Shown: positions 53,301 through 64,000 of the stretch, piece after piece | Position numbering within the stretch: the first letter of the stretch is position 1 | Layout of the letters: the number at the start of each line of letters is the position of its first letter | DNA from: Yuukianura sp. NJ FZ-2021 | Lineage: Eukaryota | Length of the DNA: 64,000 nt | Reading direction: 5' to 3' | Assembly (NCBI GenBank): GCA_046563655.1 | Contig: CM102290.1 | Location: 3,906,001-3,970,000, forward strand | The notes under the pieces: generated by a model | Told to the model about the DNA's origin: nothing | The model's database searches: none | Seen by the model: the letters and a program-made list of their open reading frames with translations, nothing else | Translations under genes and position numbers: made by a program

Positions 53301-56300
53301 ACCTAACAATTTTTTACTATGAACACTCCAAAGTCTTTAGCTGCTCCCTTCCTTCCGCCGTTTAACCCACTTTCACTTTTCAAATCTTCCCGCACTTCTG
53401 CTCCATTTCAAAAGAAAACCAGACGACTTCGGCTTCAACCCGTCTTGGGAGACAGTTAATTAATTTTCTGCGTCCTACCCTACCCCAACCCCATTCCATT
53501 TAGTTTCAAATGGATACACATGTTTGTTTGTTTTTTAATTTTTCCCACGCTTTACCTACTGTCTGTGCCAATTTCCATTTTCAGTGTACAAGCAAGTTGA
53601 TAGAAAGAAAACGTTACCTTACAATAACGCACGAACGGGGAAACGAACTCGCGGTTCCAAGTCCCACAACTTTCCAGCAATATTTTCTTTTATTCTTTCT
53701 TGTTTATTGAAATGGTTCTACAGGGAGAGTGAAACTAAAAGTTTCGCTTTCTTTGCTCTACTTTAAGTCACTTGTAGATTGCACATTGCGAGTTGCATTC
53801 CATAGTGAAAAGTGTTTCGGTAGCATTTCAGGCACAAATTTCATAAGAAAGTAGAAAGTAGGTTTGATTCTTTCTTTTTTCTCAAGAGTTTAGCAACGAA
53901 CAAAGTCATTTTCTATTGAATTATGCGAGCTTGCAAAAGCTAAATCGATTTCAAGAAAAAGCAATCCAAATGACATGGAAAAGTCTATACCATTTTCTAT
54001 GTAGGAAAAACAAAACAGGTTTCCAATACATCAAGAGTGGAACTAAATGTTATGAAGTGTAAAGAAAATCGGAAAACATTTTTTTCTTTGAATTGGGTGG
54101 GAAAATGACTTGGATCAAAGGTTAGTGCAGGCTGTCTATAAAAATAAAATTGTTTATTAGAAAGAAAAGTTGAAGACAGAAAAATTGAAAATCCGTTAAA
54201 GTATATAAACACGACCTTTAGTGTGTTCTGTTGACATAATCCTGCACTACCGTAGAAAGTCAATATTTGTTGTTTTTTTTTCTCGAAAGTTTTTGGTTTG
54301 GTTTTTTAAGTCACCTAAAAAGCGAAAGCTTTGTGTGTACATTTTGTTATTTTAGAAAGACCTAAGTATAAGCGAAGAAGTTGAGGAAACAGAAATGCAA
54401 CTTCTCCAATTTCATTTTCATTTTTGAAATTGGATTCTTCCTATTCTAAATTCATCGATTGGAAAATCTGAAATTTATTTCACAGCGCCAGTGCGATGCA
54501 GTACAGGTTTCCCACAACTGTCGCAAAGTGAATTCTTTTTTTAGTTTGATGTCCCCTGACGCAACCAGCAAAATTGCGGGTTTCAGTGACACGGGGTCGT
54601 TATGGCGTTTTGCTCAAAGTCACTGTCCCACCTTAGCACGCCAGTTCGAGCAGTGTCGTGTTCAGTTTCCATTTGGGGTGCAAGCACTTTCCAGCGTTCC
54701 GGAGGCAGGAAGATAGTAAAGCACTTTTCTCTCCCATTCGTCCCTTATGGGCTGCCCTCTACTCTCATGCAGAGCATAAATCTGTCCAGACCCCTCTTCC
54801 AACTGCCGGATGAAATGAAATCTATGCCTATGATTTGAAAGGGAAGTTGGTTTCGTTTTGGACTTTCTTTTAAAATCCTGACCCAGTTTGAGTCAATTCT
54901 CTTGTCCTCTCCCTTCCTGTCTCAAAACTTCATTGTAATAGAAAACTATTTGGAGGCAATGAACTTAGGTCGTCAGTTGAGTTGTTGTTCTCCAGTTTCC
55001 ATAGTCAATAATATTGTTCCAGAGCGGAGTTGCAGGGGAGCCGAGGTCTTTGTTCCAATGACCTCTTGGGTATTTAGTCCATTAAACCCATAACAAAAGT
55101 TTAAAGTTCATTTCCCATCCATATTTGTCAAATACCAATAATTCTTCCTTCGAAAATGGAGATCTCTTAACGGTTATCGCCAACCTCTAATACCACGCTA
55201 ACCTAGCCCAACCCAATAGGACACGGATCTAAGGCTTTGCAGGAACCCAAGACATCTTTGTCTGAGAGATACTGCCTACGACACTTGTTTCCAGATTAAG
55301 TCTCAGGATAAATCAAACGGTAACCCTTAAAACTTTGGTTCACATAAAGGATGTCCCGTCATAAAAAGAATTTCGCGGCAAATTTCAACCTACGAAGTAA
55401 AAAAAAAACCAGTGGCCTACAAACTAACTGACCAAATTCCAGTCTCAAAGTACTAACAAGTTGTCCAAAGTTTTGCTCGACGTTTTGACCCATGAGGTCT
55501 CGCAGACGTCTCTCTTTAAAAATAGTGACAAACACTTTGACCTTGTCTGAAAATTTCAAAAGATTTTGACTAAAATATCGGTCAGTGCATGGTTTTTTCG
55601 ACATTTGCGGTTTATGGATAAAACCGACAGCTTGTTGGAATGGAAACGACAGCCGTCAGCCTGTTTTAAATTTAAATTGAACGACACATGCCGTTGGTTA
55701 TACTGGACGATATCTGTCACATCCGTTTCGATTTCTGGTTTCGAAAATGGTTTCGATTAGAAGAAAATCGACTTTTGTTCATATTGGATTGTTTAGCCTC
55801 GTTCCAAACAACGAAACAAAAATTCATCTTATGATTCTGAGGAAAAATAATTGGAATCCACAAGATTATTGTTTCTTATTTTCTTGGGAGCTGACCTTTA
55901 GGCTTAAACTGTAGACGTTTCTTACTGGAAGAAGTAAGCGTGGTAGCTAAAACTTCCTGGAGCGGAATATGCGTCGCATTTACAGACACAAAAGGCATAT
56001 GCAGACTATTATGAAGCTCCAGAATTCAATTTGTGACAATTTGAGGCATTCTCGGATACATTTCTTGCGAACTCCATTATGAAATGATGGCCAACCAACT
56101 ATGGCTTCTTCTAGTTCCCAACTGAGCAGAATACAAAACCATTTAATGAGCTCCAATATCGTATTCCATCGATTCGGACACGTCACGTTTCAACTATTTT
56201 CCAGCAGCACCACCAGCCTCCGTCTGCTCACAGTCTCGCAGTTCAGCTTCGCCCATTTCCAATATCACTGAGAAATCGAAGAGTATACTAAATGTCAAAT

Positions 56301-59300
56301 TATAATGCGGTCAGTTAGGCTAAGAGAAAACATAAAGCATTTGTACAGGATTTTCCTTCGTTCAAGAATTGCTTCATCAGTGGCCGTTCATTAAAATTTT
56401 GGGCTATAAGTTTTAACTGTCACAAATACAATTCCCTTACGCGTTGCTAAATTTGAATGGCAAGAAACGAGTTTGTGAGGTGAAAGTTAATAAAATTTCT
56501 AAACACTTTTCTTTGACTAAAGTACACAAAATTTTAAAACTAAAATGTTACAAAAATATTATAGCCCCACATCCTCTTTTCTAGGGATACAATTTTGTAG
56601 GAATCCTCTTTTGTAAGGGTAGATTTTGTATCAAATTTTGAAGGGCAGGAATTTGTAAAGTAGCTTCTGTAAATTTTACGGTTTTGTAAGAGCCCGATTT
56701 TGTATGTACGCTTTTTATCGGCGGACCTTTACGAAAACTAGCATATCTAATGATTGTGGAAATTTGATACACTTTGTTACGCATGTTGTCTCTGGAGCCA
56801 AAAACTTCTGCTAATGATGAAAAGTTGCAAAAGCATACGAAATTGTTTTCCTTCATCTGCAGCCCAACATTTGGCTTTTGAAGCGTTTGGAGGCCCATAA
56901 TACAAAAAAGAGAAGAAATAAAATGTCAGATTCAGAAATTTTTGACGTGCTTTTTCACTCCAGACAGAGAAAGCATTCACTAAAAATTTATGAAAAAAGA
57001 AAACTACAGACAAGGAAGAAAAACAGACGTTTTTGCATACGGAATAGAAAAGCTGTTGTTTACTTGGTGAGATGAAAATTTAAATGACCTTTGACCTACT
57101 GGGGGATTAATGATACAGGAAATTGTACTGGAAAGATTTAAGGGATCCGGAGAAAACGCATTGCTTCTGGATTGATTTTTGTTAGCAAAAACATCGATTT
57201 GAACGACAATTTTTCATTTTAAGCTCCGCCTTTAGTTCTGTTAGCAGCCATTTCTCTTAGAAGAAACATGTTTCTTTTCAGTCGTTCAGAAGTTTATTAG
57301 AATTGAACAGTGTAGTGAACTAACTTACGCCTAATTTACGATACCTAGCTCACAACCCACCTTGTTTGCAAAGAAAAGTAGAACGCCAAAAGCCTCTGCG
57401 CCTCCGAAATTTTTACTGTCAAAACACAATTTTAAAAAGAAAAACTCATTGCATTTTTTGTCTGAAGAGACATGCACTATAATGTGAACGAATGAGTTTG
57501 AGGGCCCAGTGGACCTTTCATCTGTGCCAGACGACATCCCACTCTGTTTTATGGTTTAGTTGAAGTTTTAGCTTAGGGTAGGTTTTGTTAGAGTAGAGAA
57601 CCTACCATTCTACCAAAAGTTTCCTTCACTTTCCCCCGGTGGTTTATAAATTCCTAATCCATTAATGAGTCTCCAGTTCCACATTTCTAAACAACAGGAG
57701 CAGTCCACGTTAGGAAAAGTTAAAAGCGAAAAGGCGTGTAGTGTTTGTTGACGCCCGTGGACCAAAACTGGGTTGACAATCTGGGTTGGAATCTGTGGGT
57801 CACAGAACACAATGTATAATGTCGTGTTGTAACATAACATAGTTTCATGAACACGTATCTAACTTCTTTTAGAAAGTTGTCCAGTGTTTGACACGTTGGT
57901 TTTGAGCGTCAAACGGTGGGTTGTGTATAGCTTTAAATTAAATTATTATTGGGATTAAGACTAAATCTCAGGAAAGTTCGCTTTCACTTTGGTTTGAAAC
58001 GCTGCGGTATCCTCGGATGGTGCTGTCAGAGTGTCAGAAGTGAAAGAGAATTCAGTGCAAGGTTTGGCGCAAAGTGAGGGGCTCAAATATAGGGAAAATT
58101 GGAAATAATTAATGGAGTGGAGCTGAGGCTTAAGGTTGAAGTGACTAAATTAATGTTGGAGTAAGCGGGGATATGTTGCACAGGATTTCCAGGGCTTTGG
58201 ATAATCAAATTCATGGGCACTTCCTGCCTTCTGTTGAACAATTCATGAACAGAGAAAGAAACGCGAGCGAAGCGATCTTGCACTTTCCTTTTCTCCTTCT
58301 GTTTCTGTTTGAACAAATACAAAATAATAAAAAATAGAACGCTAGCGCGCGTCTCTCATCCTTCAGAAGTCGGCTTCGAATAAATGCCATTTCACCATTC
58401 GAGACGAAGTGAGCATCTCAAGTTACAGAAAGGGAATTGCAAAGGCAATCAGTAGTTCATTCACACGCTTCGACATATTGCAGTTCCTAGCTAGTCAGTT
58501 GTAAGGCTGCTAAGACGACACTTTAATTTTCCGTATCCGACGACTCTTTCACAGCCTCTTCCTGGATAATTTAATTCCAGTCTTCCGAATCCTCATAAGT
58601 TGGAGACAGACACTTTGTCTTCCTAGTCTGTACACTTTGGGCAAAAGGAAAAAAAACTATTGAGTCTTGCAAAACCTCACGGAAGTAAAACTCTAGCGGA
58701 ATAATAAAGAAAAAGTGGCTTTATTATTACATTTCTTTGACTTTTCTTTCCGCTTTTATATTAAAGCCGGGTATCTACCAAAAAAATGCTTTTTAACTTT
58801 TTTACCTTTGTCTGCAACACCACTAATAAGATGAAAAACATGTGCTCAATATTTCAAAAAAGGAATTTTTGTTTTTTGTTTTCAGAACCGGGAAATGACG
58901 TTGTGTGGGGCGAATCTGAGCTAACTGTTGTGATTATTTTTCAAATGATTTTCCTAATTATTCTCTGCCTCTTTGGAACCTGTATCAATTCCCTCGTCTT
59001 CTGGATTTTTAATCGACGCCCAGCTCTTCGCTCTTTGTCAAACAGGTACGACTTTTGTTTACACAATAACATTTAATTTTAACATTGTAACAGTTATGGA
59101 AGTCTGATTTTCGAAAAGTACCCTCAACGTATGCTCTCAGTGTGCTCATAGCTTGAAATATAAAATTGAATATCTTGTAAAACTCAGCTTGATTTGATTC
59201 CACATGATTTGGTTCAGTTCTCAAAGTCTTTTCAAAATATTTTTTTTCCAATTCTGATCACGTATAAGGTCAAAATCTCCCAACTGACGAGTAGTAAATT

Positions 59301-62300
59301 GAATTAAAATTAAAAGTCTGACTTTTTTTGAAAAGCGCCAGTGAAAGCGTTGTGTGTTCTGTTCAACATGTAGATCTCATCCGCCTCTGCCATTACAAAT
59401 AAACGAAAAGACGTATCTCTCTGAACCTTTTTGTGAGGCAAGGAGAAAGTATTATTTTCATTTCAAATCCCAATGGACTGCTCAAAAAACCCAATTTCCT
59501 ATTCAAGTTTTCAGAAACTGCAAAAACAAGATGTTGACTCAGCTTTTGAAAAGCAACGCAGAGTTCCCGCACAAGTTCTTTTCCAGAAAGTCGCAGAAAG
59601 GTAGCCTAACCATGACGTTTAATTATGTCTTAAGGTCTGCGTTCCATTGACTTTGACATTGGGATTTCAGACCCATTGAATAGACAAATCTGTTTTTACC
59701 AATCACGAAAGATTCCCAAGGATGTCTACCTGTCTCTTATATTGTGAGAAATTTTTGTGTGTTTCTCAAGGTAACCGACTCCCACCCTGGCTTGCGCATA
59801 TTCTGAAGTTTCCAAGTCTTGTCAGGCAAACATCATTGAATTTATAAAGTAAAACTCATATTCTTATAGAAGGTAAAGAGTTTCAAAAAAAATTTAACAT
59901 TATTTCAGAGACTTTCAAAAAAATACAGAACCGTATTTGGCGACAATTGTATGTAGAGTGGGGCTTTTCCAGATATTGGCTTTATTTATGACAAAATGTT
60001 GACACAACTTGTTCCGTGCAGTTGTAGGATTTTTTTGGAGGAATTTGAAGTCCCAATTATTGAAATTGAATTTTTCCAATTTGTTAAAGTCATTTTCTAC
60101 CTGGCAAAAATTCCCATTGAAAATACTATCCTTCCCCCATAAGTTTTTTTTTCATCTAAGCTTACTTTTTTTGTCAAAAAACAGGCTACGGTTTCGATTC
60201 AATTCGAAACCTTGTTGTTGTTAAAGGAGAAATTGAGAAACAAAACAAAAAACAGATGCGAAAATTTCTGTTAGAAAACGAAATAGAAAGTAGGGAAAGC
60301 CTTTTACTGCACCCACCATTCCTTACCTTCCACATAACTGCAGTTCGTGATGCAATGACGCAAACTGAAATGACTGTGAGCCAATATTAAGGTCTACGAT
60401 GTCACGGTCCCAACGACCCAAGTTAACCATAAGCTTAATACCTTGCCCTAGACAAAAAGAGTGAGTTCAAATCCACTTTACACAAAATTTCAAATCATTT
60501 CTTTTATTCTACCACAAAAACCAACCATTTCAACGGAAAAGATGAACTTGGATGGAACGTAAGAGGGATCAGTCGTTTTGCGAAAGCAGCTTTCAAATTC
60601 CTTGTCACGCCTCCTTCTTCAGAACTGTTACAACTAAACTTTCTCCTTTGTAATGTGCTAACCAACTTCTAACTTTACAATAACTCTTTTGTGAATGGAA
60701 ATAAAGCAGGGCGGGTGTCGACGGAATCCTCGGGATGGGATTAGTCATTCCAAGGAAGTCCTTTAAACTCTTCACACCTTTTAACAAAACTTTGTTTCCG
60801 GCTGAATGAGTTATTAGATGCTCATGCACGAACAGAACTTTAAACTAAAGTGGCCATGTGAAAATGGACTTCAATTTTCAAAAGTGAAAGTTTGATAATG
60901 ACAAACCAGCACTTTCTAATTACGACTTTTACTTTTAATATGAAACGAATAAAGGCTTGGATGGAATTGAAACATAAGTAATCGTTAGAAGTTTCTACTA
61001 GGGTTGTAGAGGTCAGAGGTCACTTTGTCCGTTTTCCAGTAGCGACTGGAGTTGAGAGGCATTTTCAAAATTTCTATTTTGAATGTATGATAAAATTTTT
61101 TAGAAGATTGAAAGCTACAAATGTGAATCTACTCTTAATCTGCTTTACGTTAATAGTATTTGGAGATGTTCTGCGTGTCTTGTACTTTTGAAAACATGTA
61201 ACCAGTTTTAAGTCGAAATGTATCATAGGCAGTAAAAGATGGCTTAAATTACAAAGTAAATTAAGAACTCTAATCTTAGAAGAGGAAGGAAAACAGAAGT
61301 AAAAGCTTTTTTCTATCGGTTCAAAACCAAAGAGAAAGTTCAGACTTCAGTTAGTCAATGATACTCACGAGTTCCAAGAACTCGAACATTTGGAAGAAGG
61401 AAAATTACAATAAGTTAGACAATGGAGATGGGAACAATTACTTTCAATGCCCCATTTATTGCGGTTCAAACTTTGGTTCAAACTTTGCCGCTCGTAGTGA
61501 GAAAGATTCCAATTAATTTGAAATTAATTTTCCACTAATGGCTAAGTCATGGCACATGGAGTCAATATCTTCTTCTTTAACATCACGATAAATTACAACA
61601 CTTCACTACAGTTCTTCAACAGTTTTAGCTCGAAAATACTACTTTCTCCTTGAAAAAATCCTTGCTTACTGAAATTGGAAGGACCTTTCCAAGGACCAGA
61701 AATCCAAATCCTTTCTTTATACATTAACTTTGCATTACATTCCCATGTTATTTCAAAAAGCAGCATGTTTTCTGAATCCTTGGAAAAAGTTTTTACATAT
61801 TCCATCCAACACGGAATGCAGCTTTTGTTTGAGAGTTGAAGCAGAATAAATCCAGACAAAGCAGGTTGTGTGGGACTGTGTGACTTCAGTTGTCTGTAGT
61901 CTCTCTGTTAAAGACGCTTTCTGTGAATATTTTTGATCTGGCTGGCGCATAATAGCACAAGCATGGAGCGTGGAGCATTGTACTTCAATTCCATCTCCTT
62001 TGAGTAAATATTCAAAGGCATCGGAAGAAGGGATTTTCTCTCTGTGGGTATATGTTAGCCAAATGTATCTCATATTAAAACCGCCGGTTTCGATGTCCGG
62101 AAAAAAAATTATTTGCTACAGCGTATATAAGGAACTCCAATGATTTAAATTCCACACAGAAGTTACATTTTTTGAATCTCTAGAACAGAATTTAAGTTTC
62201 ACTGACAACTTTTAAAAAAATGGTTGAACTTTTTCAAAATCTAAACTCTATGGGGACAAGTAGAGCACCACAGCACAGTAAGCAAAGCGTCACTGTCAAC

Positions 62301-64000
62301 GGGGCTGGAAAAGTGTCTTTCAAGTCTATAAAATCCATCTCCACCCTGCCTGACTAATGCATCCCATTCACACTTTCTTCAGTGAACCATTTGTCATGTC
62401 ACTTTATAAACTTCCTGCTCAGTCATCCAAGTCTTTAAAGGGAACCTTGTAGTTCCCTTAACCCAAATCTGGTTCTGTCGCTGTGTTGGACATTGCTGTA
62501 ACGTAGCAACCTCATTTTGCACAGAAATTTATTTCCAAACCATTGACTGATGATATTCTCCAACCGATTGAACAATTCACAATAAATTTACCCGAGGCAG
62601 TCTGACCGCGCGACAGCGATGGATCAGCACTCGAGCAAAAATCTTATGAAAACTGAATGGCACATTTCAGATTCCGGAATATAAATTTTGAACCTGTGAC
62701 CTTCGACATTGTTCTTAAAATACAAAAGACTCAGGATTTTAAGCGTTAAATGTGACTTTGGGTTGTTTTTTTTTCTTTCTTAGCTTCCGTATTCAACGCT
62801 GAAAGTGATTAATTGAGTCTTGGTTAAATCTTGTTTTTTGAGCTTAATCATAAAAGTGAAAGCAAAAGTGGCAGAACTTTCACTTTTATCGCTTTCAATG
62901 CCACTTCAGTTTTATGCTCCGGGCTATTCATACCTCCGTTTGGTAAAACAAACAATATAATTTGGAGAATAATTTCCACAAGGTCAAAGTTGAAAGTCCA
63001 GTTTTGGCAATGACGTTTTGAGAAGCACTTGAAGTTGTTGTATGTTGCAACACATTTTGATGAGTTTTAGTTTACTCTAACTTTTCATTTCGTTCTGTTG
63101 TATGGAAACTTTTTTTTCATGGAAATTTTTTTTTCAGGAGATTCAAAAGGAATATTTTTGAAAAGGAAAGTTGGTGATTTTTTTTAGTCAGAATTAAACA
63201 AAAGAAAGGAGGAAAAAGTTTTAAGCAATTTGGCGGCACATTTTGCTTACTTTCTCTCTTTTTGTTTTGAAAAATTGTTCTAACTTGCTCTTAACGTTTT
63301 TTGAGAAACAAAGTTTCTCCTTTCCACTTTTCAGGCAATGACCAAATCGTTGTTATCAAACGGGCCTTACTTGAAAAACCTACCGTAGTCGCTGAGTCAA
63401 ACCCATTTACTTTCTTTTTTAAACTTAAAAAAGTTTTAAATTTTGTGGATATTTTGGAAATGATGTAACTTTGATTTTTTTTTTTCAGATTTGTTCTCAG
63501 CCTTGTAACAGCCAACCTCTTCATTTCGTCGATAGTTTCTCCTTTGATCCTTCTGGGAACTGTACTCAACCACTACTTGCCATTTTCCTGCATTCCAGAA
63601 GCCCTAACAACGATTGCCAATTCAGTAATTTTCAGTGCGATATTTTCAAGTGTACTCATTGGAACAGACCGCTACTACGCCGTCACTTCACCTCTACACT
63701 ACAGCATGACGATCACTCGAAGTCGCTCGCAAGTTATGATTGTTTTGGCTTGGCTGTCCGGCATTTTGCTTTCACTTCCACGCGTCCTCGTCTGCATCTT
63801 TCTTGCAGAATCTTCCTTTCAACAAAGTCTCCACATCATTTCTGCAGGGCTTCAACTTTCTCTGGGCTTTACTTTCCCATTTCTTGGACTCTGTTGGCTT
63901 TACTGGAGAATGTACACTGCAGCCCACCGAAACTCAGAACGGACAAGGAAGCACTCCATTTCAGGCGAACTATTGACTGTTATGGATGGGTCCACTAGTG
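50377..64000 (+). CDS. Class A GPCR, GPR161-like, 3'-partial (exons 50377-50527, 58886-59045, 63489->64000)
   Basis: TM1 IFLIILCLFGTCINSLVFWIF; LRSLSNRFVLSLVTANLFISSIVSP (GPR161-type, Asn at 2.50); IGTDRYYAVTSPLHYSMTIT; TM4 LAWLSGILLSLP; TM5 FTFPFLGLCWLYWRMYTAA. The receptor frame in the last exon is not in the supplied ORF track. Exon 1 is inferred from ATG context and phase-1 compatibility. Confidence 0.8.

Noticed and set aside
55980..56186. Minus-strand ORF starting VTCPNRWNTILELIKW, reminiscent of the hAT transposase TRWNS motif
   Set aside because: Stop two codons upstream, no other transposase motifs or TIRs seen; a short motif match is insufficient.
61593..62073. Two overlapping minus-strand ORFs in GPCR intron 2 (possible nested gene)
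   Set aside because: No recognisable domain or consistent splice model.
63471..63998. 175-aa and 78-aa ORFs listed in the ORF track
   Set aside because: Off-frame shadows; the third frame encodes the GPCR transmembrane segments.

Overview
AT-rich eukaryotic (animal) genomic DNA with short GT-AG introns. An arthropod origin is inferred from the (TTAGG)n repeat and the arthropod-like Crk and vig proteins; the species cannot be determined. The first ~36 kb is gene-dense: SMU1(+), SPTLC1(+), SERBP1/vig(-), ZNF367-like(+), PTPDC1-like(+), RPE(+), SPOUT1(-), an ORP10/11-like PH protein(+), an unassigned acidic low-complexity gene(-), Crk(+) and a divergent tandem Crk paralog(+). The remainder is gene-sparse: a secreted DUF3105/TP53I13-like gene(-) and the 5' part of a GPR161-like receptor(+) with multi-kb introns running off the window end. 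Exon models were built by hand from splice signals and phase continuity; family names come from recalled motifs, not database searches. Most notable: (1) a Crk paralog with SH2 and C-terminal SH3 but no N-terminal SH3; (2) a ~230-bp foldback/MITE-like element with a (TTAGG)4 loop and splice-donor-like ends; (3) several long perfect inverted repeats in the SPTLC1/SERBP1 convergent 3'UTR region; (4) an ORP10/11-like gene that stops before any lipid-transfer domain. No tRNA, rRNA, CRISPR array or intact transposase was seen.
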